From an uncultured Candidatus Binatia bacterium (GTDB taxonomy: Bacteria; Desulfobacterota; Binatia; Bin18), in contig CBDEWE010000003.1 in NCBI GenBank assembly GCA_965243855.1, positions 827,698 through 891,697 of the forward strand: 64,000 bases of DNA, written 5' to 3'. Both the position numbers and the translations under genes were made by a program. This document shows positions 18,455 to 25,760 of the stretch, piece after piece. The number at the start of each line of letters is the position of its first letter. Within the stretch, counting starts at the first letter, position 1. Below the pieces are notes generated by a model. That model searched no databases. It was not told the origin of the DNA and worked only from the letters and a program-made list of their open reading frames with translations.

Positions 18455-18497
18455 GCCTGGATTCCTGTGAGAGCGGGAATCCGGGCTTCATTTTTTA
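18455..18497 (+). terminator. Intrinsic terminator after the LLM gene
   Basis: gcctggattcctg-loop-cgggaatccgggc followed by ttcatttttt. Confidence 0.6.
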
Positions 18498-18675
18498 TCG
18501 TCCAAATTTTGTCATCCCAGCCCCCACTTTTTGCCCAATTTTGTACTGTTAGGGGCTCAAAAGTCCTTTGAATTCAAAAGGTTAATCGAAACCCCCGCTT
18601 TTTCCCCTATTTGTGCACAAAGTCGGGGTCGAAAATTCCCTTCTCGATTATGGCGGACGGAGGATCGAAAAAGGA

Positions 18676-18704
18676 TTGACATGAAGGACAATGGCTTTTA
18701 TAGT
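18676..18704 (+). promoter_or_regulatory. Sigma70 promoter of the Xre-TM gene
   Basis: TTGACA-N17-TATAGT. Confidence 0.75.
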
Positions 18705-18726
18705 TCCATTTCAACTTACAATGCAA
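18704..18726. promoter_or_regulatory. Palindromic operator, copy 1
   Basis: ttccatttcaacttacaatgcaa; 19/23 identical to 19208-19230; abuts the -10 box. Confidence 0.65.
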
Positions 18727-18750
18727 CATTAAAAAGTCAGGACAGAAGAG

Positions 18751-19146
18751 ATGAAGAAGCCAGTTTCTGAGAAATTAAAAAGAATACAAAAGGCCCTCAA
18801 ACCGCTGGAAATACCGGGCAAGTCGGCGGATGCGCCCGTCAAGCCGGCCCATCTCGCTAAGCTGATGGACGTTGCCCCATCTTCCCTGTCTCGCTGGATG
18901 AAGGACGAGGTCGTACCGAGAGGCCAACAAAAGGAGCGCCTTGATATCTTGTATCGGACAGTCGTTGAGGCCGAGAAAAATGAAGAGGCCAAGAAGATTC
19001 TGAAAAAACTCGTCAGTCCTATACCCACTATCAGTCTGGTGGCTGGTGCCGCTCTCAGTCCCATAGGTTTTGGTTTGTTTGGTGCGATCGCAGCCGCTGG
19101 GTTGGGTTGGCTCCTGTCCGATAAAGAAGATGAAGACGCTAATTAA
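18751..19146 (+). CDS. Xre/Cro-type HTH protein with a C-terminal hydrophobic membrane anchor
   Basis: PAHLAKLMDVAPSSLSRWMKDEVVP HTH; ISLVAGAALSPIGFGLFGAIAAAGLGWLL Gly-rich hydrophobic tail. Confidence 0.75.
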   Translation: MKKPVSEKLKRIQKALKPLEIPGKSADAPVKPAHLAKLMDVAPSSLSRWMKDEVVPRGQQKERLDILYRTVVEAEKNEEAKKILKKLVSPIPTISLVAGAALSPIGFGLFGAIAAAGLGWLLSDKEDEDAN

Positions 19147-19198
19147 GGAGGAATCTGGAAAGAAAGGATGAATTTCAAGGACTTTTGTCATGAAGGGG

Positions 19199-19231
19199 TT
19201 GACTGAATTCCATTGGCACTTACAATGGAAT
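19199..19231 (+). promoter_or_regulatory. Sigma70 promoter overlapped by palindromic operator copy 2
   Basis: TTGACT-N16-TACAAT; attccattg-N7-caatggaat at 19207-19231. Confidence 0.65.
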
Positions 19232-19264
19232 AAATTATGCAACTCAGAAGAGGGGGAAGTTCAA

Positions 19265-19735
19265 ATGACTGAAACGATTATGGCACCTACGGCCCAGCGT
19301 CTATGGGAAAAGTTCACGAGAGGTGCATCCGAAGAGGACTCCCAGCGTATCGAGGAGAAGCTCCCCTTCATGAGAAAAGATCTCATCAAGAAAATCTGGG
19401 GCGAAGTGACACTCTTGGGGAAACTCATTAAGGACCCAAAAGCAGCATGGGGGGCGAAGGCAGCGGCTATTGGTGCTCTCATCTATCTTATCTCCCCGGC
19501 AGACGCAGTACCCGACGTCATACCGGGTGCTGGTCTGCTCGACGATGTGGCCATCATTCTTTTCGTATGTAAAAAGCTCGCTGACGCGCTCAAGGAATAC
19601 ACCGTCGAAGTCGTAAGGGAGGCGGCGGAAATCAAAGCTGAAATAGAAGTCAAAAAGCACTACAAAGTAGTATGGGCATCCGTACTCGGCGCAATAGCTA
19701 TTGCCGGAATCGTTCTTATTCTCAAACTTATATGA
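19265..19735 (+). CDS. YkvA/DUF1232 family membrane protein with an extra C-terminal TM segment
   Basis: AKAAAIGALIYLISPADAVPDVIPGAGLLDD signature; GAGGGGG RBS before ATG 19265. Confidence 0.85.
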   Translation: MTETIMAPTAQRLWEKFTRGASEEDSQRIEEKLPFMRKDLIKKIWGEVTLLGKLIKDPKAAWGAKAAAIGALIYLISPADAVPDVIPGAGLLDDVAIILFVCKKLADALKEYTVEVVREAAEIKAEIEVKKHYKVVWASVLGAIAIAGIVLILKLI

Positions 19736-20001
19736 GTTTTGCCGAGACCGACTTGTTGTTGCCAGCGTATCAGCTAATTCTGCTGTGTGCTGCAATCCCG
19801 ACACTCATTGCTGCGGCCTACGGGGTACGGAAGTGGGTTGCCCGATACCAGCAATTACCGGGGATTTGGCAGCAACCCATCAAGCAGGGGCTCCACTCTG
19901 CGGTCAAACGTTTCACTCGGGAAGAATGGCCAAGGCTAATCGCACTCGCTATTCTCTTGCTCATTCTCGCAGGGCTCACCATTACAATACGGATGATTTA
20001 G
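19732..20001 (+). CDS. Small two-TM hypothetical membrane protein (89 aa)
   Basis: ATGA overlap with the DUF1232 gene; two hydrophobic segments. Confidence 0.6.
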   Translation: MSFAETDLLLPAYQLILLCAAIPTLIAAAYGVRKWVARYQQLPGIWQQPIKQGLHSAVKRFTREEWPRLIALAILLLILAGLTITIRMI

Positions 20002-20032
20002 GGCCGTTCCAGGATTATAAGGATACAACGCG

Positions 20033-21034
20033 ATGAGTCAGAGAAATCTTGGAGAGGATGGCAATCAGATTCTCACTCGTTTCCGAGCTGTTGCGAAAAG
20101 CTATACAGCTCTGTTTCAAGCGCAGCGGGATCACATTCATCAACTTTTGGGTAGCACGCAAAATTATTCAAGTGGAATTTTCCGCGAAAGCCTGCTTCGT
20201 AACTTCCTTACTACAGTATTACCTCGGTCCATTTCCGTAGATTCCGGCTTCGTCTACGGTTTTGAGCAAATTGATAACAGTCGGCAGATCGATATTCTCG
20301 TGTGGGATTCTGGTCGGCACGCAGCAGTATATCAATCTCAAGAGTTTGTCATCGTGCCTCCTGAAGCGGTAATAGCCGCAATCTCGGTAAAGACCACTCT
20401 GAACAAGGCTGATCTAGTTGACTCCTTGGAGAACCTGCTGAGCCTTACACCTCTGGAGCTTGAGTATCGAGTTAGGTTAGACCCAAACTCGAATACGCCT
20501 ATGTTTAGATCAATCACAAAGATTGTTGTCTCGTACGAGGGACCATCGAATCTTGATACAGCCCTGGATACTATAGGAGAGTTTTTTCAGGAGCGGTTTG
20601 CCAGCAATCAGAAAGTAGCAGCCGAGATGATTGATGCTTTTCAGAATTGGAATCCACCCCATCCCGCTCAGGAACAGATTCAGAAAGTTGAACGTGTAAT
20701 CCCAAAATTAATAGCAGTGATTGATAGCGACAATGCTAGTATGATTCAGGGCTGGGGACCGCCAGAAGACGTGCTTGGCACTAATACTTACGGACCAGGA
20801 CTGCGACGATTACCTTATATGTATGTCCAGAAGAACAAACTTACGACTCCCCTTGAGAAGGTTGTTTATCACGTGCTGGAATCTGTCTATCTGGCACTTG
20901 GGACACTCGGCTCTTCGATTGTCTCAGCATGGGGTGAATTTAATCCCAGCACGGAGTCTCGCCTTGGTGATGCCTGGGAAATCGATGAGGAACGAGGTAT
21001 TCAACTTCTCGATCCTGACAGGCTTGCGTCATAG
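20033..21034 (+). CDS. DUF6602-like PD-(D/E)xK fold protein
   Basis: GIFRESLLRNFLTTVLP..SGFV..SRQIDILVWD..PPEAVIAAISVKTTL. Confidence 0.75.
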   Translation: MSQRNLGEDGNQILTRFRAVAKSYTALFQAQRDHIHQLLGSTQNYSSGIFRESLLRNFLTTVLPRSISVDSGFVYGFEQIDNSRQIDILVWDSGRHAAVYQSQEFVIVPPEAVIAAISVKTTLNKADLVDSLENLLSLTPLELEYRVRLDPNSNTPMFRSITKIVVSYEGPSNLDTALDTIGEFFQERFASNQKVAAEMIDAFQNWNPPHPAQEQIQKVERVIPKLIAVIDSDNASMIQGWGPPEDVLGTNTYGPGLRRLPYMYVQKNKLTTPLEKVVYHVLESVYLALGTLGSSIVSAWGEFNPSTESRLGDAWEIDEERGIQLLDPDRLAS

Positions 21035-21085
21035 GATGGTGGAGACAGTCATTTATGACGAGATAATACAAAGGACTGGAACGCA

Positions 21086-21613
21086 ATGAACATCATACCG
21101 GGCAGTACTAAAACTGTGACTCAAATACTTCTTGTCGCTGCATTTACACTCGTTCCAATCGTTCCCGTGTCAGTGTTCGCTGATCCATACAGCCGGCCGT
21201 CTTTCAGCCCCTACCGGAGCCCATCGTATACAAGCCCATCGTTACCGAACTACACGTACAAATCGCAGAGTAAGAGCTATAGCGTGGGCGATTACAGCCG
21301 TCACACCTACAAATACAAAGACAGCCTCGGCAATCGCCACAAGAGCAAGACCCAAGTTCTGCCCAGCGGGACGACCGTAACCAAGGGCAAATACCGCAGT
21401 CCGCGCCCGAGTCCGTTATTACCGAACTATACGTACAAATCACAGAGCCAGAGCTACAGCGTGGGGGATTACAGTCGTCACACCTATAAATACAAAGACA
21501 GCCTCGGCAACCGCTATAAGGGGACAATCGAAGTGTTCCCCGGTGGTGCAGTCAGACACAAAGGCAAAGTCAACGGCAGGAAGTTCAAAAAGACGTATCG
21601 GAACCGGCGATAA
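21086..21613 (+). CDS. Secreted basic Tyr/Ser/Lys-rich protein with an internal duplication
   Basis: Signal peptide ending VFA; two near-identical ~59-aa units containing LPNYTYKSQSxSYSVGDYSRHTYKYKDSLGNR. Confidence 0.7.
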   Translation: MNIIPGSTKTVTQILLVAAFTLVPIVPVSVFADPYSRPSFSPYRSPSYTSPSLPNYTYKSQSKSYSVGDYSRHTYKYKDSLGNRHKSKTQVLPSGTTVTKGKYRSPRPSPLLPNYTYKSQSQSYSVGDYSRHTYKYKDSLGNRYKGTIEVFPGGAVRHKGKVNGRKFKKTYRNRR

Positions 21614-21637
21614 GCTACCTTACCTACCGATTAAGCT

Positions 21638-21907
21638 ATGAACCCGCGAGTCAAAACAGTAACCCCAACAAACGACTACAAATTGTTTCTGACCTTCACC
21701 AATGGAGAGCACGGGATTTATGATTGCTCTTCGTTGCTTGACTTTGGTGTTTTCCAAGAACTCAAGGAGAAAGATTGCTTCCAGCAGGTATCAGTTGTGG
21801 ATGGTACGGTGGCATGGCCACATGACCAGGATATCTGCCCGGATACGCTCTATCTAGACGCACGCAGAGAACAGGTCGCTGCTGTATCCGGGCAGGAATG
21901 TCCTTAG
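21638..21907 (+). CDS. DUF2442 domain protein (putative antitoxin)
   Basis: DYKLFLTFTNGEHGIYD..GVFQELKE..GTVAWPHDQDICPDTLY. Confidence 0.85.
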   Translation: MNPRVKTVTPTNDYKLFLTFTNGEHGIYDCSSLLDFGVFQELKEKDCFQQVSVVDGTVAWPHDQDICPDTLYLDARREQVAAVSGQECP

Positions 21908-21952
21908 AATCCCTATTCTCCCTGCCTATGGGCTGTCTGCAAGGCCGACCTT

Positions 21953-22897
21953 CTAGTATTGGTCTAAACGGCTAATCGCTCTTCGCCAGAAATATTCGGC
22001 TGCTTTCTCAGGGGACATCTCTTCCTCCCATTCTTCTTCCTCCTCTTCTTCTGAGATGAAATACGACATTCCAGAAGCCTTGAGGGCAAGAGCATTGCGC
22101 GTCTCAACAACTCCAAGCCAATCATTCATGGAATTATCCTCGTGATAGTTGAGACTTTGGCCTTCCCAATAGGCGATCTGGTTAGACGATGTGAAGCCGC
22201 CCAACCAGATTTTACAGCGATTGGCTATGTTGCCCTGGATATAGAACGAGCAAACGAATTTGTAACGTTGAATCTCTTCGCAATCCGCTTCGATTCCTGA
22301 ATCGGACTGATTGAGTTGCTCTGTACCTGCTTTGAAATAATCTCTGATGATATCAAAAGCCCCTCTCAAATAGCTATCTTTCTCGCGTTGGGTAAAAGCC
22401 TTTCTGGTATCAGGCATGGGAATATTGAACCGAGGTGACGTTCGAGTACTCTGTTGTGCTTGGATTGCGGAGCCACCTCTCCCTAGCCTAGTTTTCAATT
22501 CCTGAATCACAGGATCGGGTTTTCCACTCCATTCCTGAAAGCGTTTGTCATTGATGAGTGGATATGCAGAAAGAATCTCGCTCCTTTCCTGTTGATTCCC
22601 AACGATGAGCGGTAAGACTCGGACTTCCCCTGAAGAGGATTCGATATTGAGTGCCGCATTCAATTCTCTTTCAGGCCAGTTTTTCGAGACAAAGGACGGA
22701 CTCAGGATAACAATGACGTACCGTGATATCCGGAGTCCTTGGTTTACTTTCTCCGTTATGCTGTCGCCCCATATAATTTCGGCTTCATCGTACCAATATG
22801 TGATACCCGCTTGATTAAAGGCTCTCACGAGGGGAGATACCACCGCCCTCTTATCTTCGCTGGCATGGCACAGAAATACGTCCTTCTGTTTCGTCAC
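21953..22897 (-). CDS. TIR domain protein with an uncharacterised C-terminal domain
   Basis: DVFLCHASEDK, WYDEAEIIWGDSI, SRYVIVILSPSFVSKNWPERELN (catalytic Glu present); GTG start with GGAGGAG RBS. Confidence 0.9.
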   Translation of the reverse strand: MTKQKDVFLCHASEDKRAVVSPLVRAFNQAGITYWYDEAEIIWGDSITEKVNQGLRISRYVIVILSPSFVSKNWPERELNAALNIESSSGEVRVLPLIVGNQQERSEILSAYPLINDKRFQEWSGKPDPVIQELKTRLGRGGSAIQAQQSTRTSPRFNIPMPDTRKAFTQREKDSYLRGAFDIIRDYFKAGTEQLNQSDSGIEADCEEIQRYKFVCSFYIQGNIANRCKIWLGGFTSSNQIAYWEGQSLNYHEDNSMNDWLGVVETRNALALKASGMSYFISEEEEEEEWEEEMSPEKAAEYFWRRAISRLDQY

Positions 22898-22968
22898 AGT
22901 TTTCTCCTCCCTGCGCTATTTCCTTTTGCCGCGTAGAAGATATCGAATCCGGTGGGTATTCGGAAGAT

Positions 22969-22998
22969 GTCGGATTACACACCGTTAATCCGACCTGC
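22969..22998. repeat. REP-like hairpin
   Basis: gtcggatta-cacaccgt-taatccgac-ctgc, with a GCAG/GTAG-type foot on the minus strand. Confidence 0.45.
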
Positions 22999-23026
22999 GG
23001 CTAATAAACATCCTACTCCCTGATTG

Positions 23027-23055
23027 TTGAAATTGTAACATAAAATGTTACAATT
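23027..23055 (+). promoter_or_regulatory. higBA promoter with palindromic operator
   Basis: TTGAAA -35, extended -10 TGtTACAAT; perfect 11-bp arms aattgtaacat-aaa-atgttacaatt. Confidence 0.7.
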
Positions 23056-23059
23056 CGGC

Positions 23060-23335
23060 GTGATCAAAAGCTTCCAGCACAAAGGACTTGCCGAACTATT
23101 TGAACGAGGGCGTAGTCGGAGGGTGTCACCGAATTTACACGCTCGCTGCTTGCGTCGCCTAGAGACTCTAGATCAGGCTGAAACACAGAGAGACTTAAAC
23201 ATTCCGGGATTTAACTTCCATGAACTTCACGGGCTCCCCAAACGTTACAGCATCCATGTGAATGGTCCATGGTGCATAACCTTCGAATGGGAAGAAGGGG
23301 AAGCGGTGAGGGTTAATCTCGAACAATACCACTGA
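23060..23335 (+). CDS. higB: HigB family toxin (RelE/ParE superfamily)
   Basis: IKSFQHKGLAELFE..PGFNFHELHG..YSIHVNGPWCITFEW..VNLEQYH. Confidence 0.9.
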   Translation: MIKSFQHKGLAELFERGRSRRVSPNLHARCLRRLETLDQAETQRDLNIPGFNFHELHGLPKRYSIHVNGPWCITFEWEEGEAVRVNLEQYH

Positions 23336-23344
23336 GGCAGCAGC

Positions 23345-23698
23345 ATGGCAGAGTATACCATCAAGCGTCCGCTAAAACGTCCTCCTGTCCATCCTGGTGA
23401 AGTAGTGCGGGAGGATGTTTTACCAGCCTTGGGCCTTTCCATTAGCGAAGCAGCCCGCCGTCTCAGAGTTTCGCGTCAGCAACTCCACCGAGTACTCGCT
23501 TGTACCCATCCGGTCTCGACTGAGATGGCACTCCGGCTTGGTAAACTTGCCGGCAACGGCCCTGGGCTCTGGCTTCGGATGCAGCAGAACCATGATGTCT
23601 GGCACGCGGAGCAGCGGCTAAAGGACGAATTGAAAAAAATTAAGCCAGGACTTGTGGAGAGAGCAGGGATAGATGTTAACGAATTCCCGTCATCGTGA
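23345..23698 (+). CDS. higA: HigA family antitoxin
   Basis: PPVHPGEVVRED..EMALRLGK..WLRMQQNHD. Confidence 0.9.
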   Translation: MAEYTIKRPLKRPPVHPGEVVREDVLPALGLSISEAARRLRVSRQQLHRVLACTHPVSTEMALRLGKLAGNGPGLWLRMQQNHDVWHAEQRLKDELKKIKPGLVERAGIDVNEFPSS

Positions 23699-23712
23699 AG
23701 GATGTCTTACGC

Positions 23713-25734
23713 TCACCCCATCGTCCGCGGCGTGTACTTATACAAATCCTTCCAATAGTGATCCAACACCGCATCGTCAGCGCAGTCGAGACACTCTAGT
23801 TCTGGGTCGGATACGTCCAGCAGTCCTTTTTTGATTAACGTTTCCGCATACGGCCCGCGGTCGATCAGTTTGACCGGGCCGCGCTCTTCCGCCAGCCGTT
23901 TACGGAGCTGGGCCGTAGCCGATTGATCGACTTCGTGCGTGATCGGGTCCAGGACGACTCCATAATCCCGCTCGGCTCGCTCGGGCGAGACGAGCTTGCG
24001 GACTACATCCATACGAACGGCATCGATGTCGCGCTCCAGAGGGTCGCCCCAGCCTCCACCGCCTGGAGTGGTAAGGCGAATAATATCCCCGGCTTTGACC
24101 GGAATGGCGTCCCGGCTGAAGTAGACCGCCTCTTCCTCCGGGGTGCCGGGGTTCTTGATGGACGAACTTGGCGTACCCCACTTGCCGCCCTTGATGCCTG
24201 TGCAGGCAAAGGCGGTCCGCTCTGTGACTGTCAGATAATGCCCGTCAACCAGCGTCCGTATCTCTTTCTCGTACCCTAGCCCGCCGCGATATTTCCCGGC
24301 TCCGCCCGAATCGGTCGCCAGACCAACGCGCAGGACCTCAACCGGGAAGCGCTGTTCAATGAATTCCGCCGGCAGGTTTTTGGAGTAGGGAACCAGGTCC
24401 ACGGCGTCGGTGCCGTCCGCATATGGCCGTGCGCCCGAACCCGCCCCGAAAATTTCACGCATCAGGAACAATTTGCCCTCAAAGTCCTGCCCATACAGGC
24501 CGTAGATCTGAATGTTCTGCATGTCGGCCACGACCTCTCCGTTAAAGGCTTTGGCCATGGCGACGGTATAGGCGCTGATCATACGCAGCATACAGGTCAT
24601 GCGACTCACTACCGGGGCCGGAAACTTCGGACTCAGAATGGTCCCCTGTGGAATACGACAGCGAAAGACCTGAGTGACGCCTTCGTTAATGATGATGCCG
24701 GGAATCTGCGCCTTGAAGAACGCACCGAGCCATTTTGAGTAATGACGGCCATCAACCGGCCAGTTGATCGGCCCCCTGGCCTGGGGACTGGTACCCGCGA
24801 AATCCAGGATCATCTTGTCCGTATACTTGCGCATGGTGATCTGGAGCTTGACCGGCTTTTCCAAGGTCAGACCATCGTTCTCAATAAAATCTTCCCCGAT
24901 GAACTCCCCATCAGGGAACAGGGGCAGGCCCTTCTCGCGCACCACCTCAGCGCAGCGATCAAGGATTTCATAAAACGCGGCCTCTACCTCATTCCCGCCA
25001 AAACGATCGCATAATTCTGTTACCCGACGGCGGATGACCTCATTCGCGCCAACAAAGGCGTCAATATCGCCTCGCAGGTCCTCGGGGAAACGACTGTTCC
25101 GCAGCAGAACATCGTACAGTCCTTCGTTGAGCTGGCCCTTTTCGTACAGCTTGACCGGCGGACAGATGGTGCCTTCCTCAAAAATACTGGTCGAGGTACT
25201 CGGCCAGGAGCCTGCCATACGGCCGCCCACATCGTTGACATGGCCGAATATCTGCGCAAATCCAATCAGCCGTTCGTCCCAGAAAATGGGAGTGACCACA
25301 CAATAGTCCGGCAGATGGCCGATCGTTCCGGCCGACTGATAAACGTCGTTGTAGATAAACACATCGCCTTCATAGATACGCTCAGCCGGAAACTTCATCC
25401 GAATCGGGTCGGCGGTGGCGGCCCAGGACACGCGCGAGACCGATAGACAGTCGAGCGTGTTGAGTGAGGCCCGGTAGTCGTGCTGTTCGCGGATAATGGT
25501 CGAACGGGCGGTTCGCTCCACTGCGGCTTCGGCTTCCATAATGGCAGCCTCGATCCCGCCGTCCACAATATCGACCAGGATCGGGTCCAGGTCTTTTCTC
25601 AGTGCGTCGATACGGCTGACAACGTCCGGGTCTTGGGCGACCTGGCCGTACCGAAACGGGGCGTAGTCCTGAAAGGCGACGGCCTCATCGGCTTTTTCAT
25701 AATAGGTCTGCGAAAATTGTTTGTGATCGGCCAT
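23713..25734 (-). CDS. Hydantoinase B/oxoprolinase family protein
   Basis: EGDVFIYND..GHLPD, GHVNDVGG, DSGGAGKYRGGLG, TPGGGGWGDPLER. Confidence 0.9.
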   Translation of the reverse strand: MADHKQFSQTYYEKADEAVAFQDYAPFRYGQVAQDPDVVSRIDALRKDLDPILVDIVDGGIEAAIMEAEAAVERTARSTIIREQHDYRASLNTLDCLSVSRVSWAATADPIRMKFPAERIYEGDVFIYNDVYQSAGTIGHLPDYCVVTPIFWDERLIGFAQIFGHVNDVGGRMAGSWPSTSTSIFEEGTICPPVKLYEKGQLNEGLYDVLLRNSRFPEDLRGDIDAFVGANEVIRRRVTELCDRFGGNEVEAAFYEILDRCAEVVREKGLPLFPDGEFIGEDFIENDGLTLEKPVKLQITMRKYTDKMILDFAGTSPQARGPINWPVDGRHYSKWLGAFFKAQIPGIIINEGVTQVFRCRIPQGTILSPKFPAPVVSRMTCMLRMISAYTVAMAKAFNGEVVADMQNIQIYGLYGQDFEGKLFLMREIFGAGSGARPYADGTDAVDLVPYSKNLPAEFIEQRFPVEVLRVGLATDSGGAGKYRGGLGYEKEIRTLVDGHYLTVTERTAFACTGIKGGKWGTPSSSIKNPGTPEEEAVYFSRDAIPVKAGDIIRLTTPGGGGWGDPLERDIDAVRMDVVRKLVSPERAERDYGVVLDPITHEVDQSATAQLRKRLAEERGPVKLIDRGPYAETLIKKGLLDVSDPELECLDCADDAVLDHYWKDLYKYTPRTMG

Positions 25735-25760
25735 GCTGACACCCCGTAGAATGCGTTTTG

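Larger units (their letters stand above)
18500..23700. mobile_element. AT-richer accessory islet with defence/TA-like cargo; no integrase seen
   Basis: Visible compositional shift; carries Xre, DUF1232, DUF6602, DUF2442, TIR and higBA; boundaries approximate. Confidence 0.55.

Noticed and set aside
19190-19264. Upstream start for the DUF1232 gene
   Set aside because: This stretch holds the promoter and operator; an RBS precedes ATG 19265.
18751-23698. Integron cassette array
   Set aside because: No attC-like RYYYAAC...GTTRRRY structures were seen between genes, and there is no integrase.
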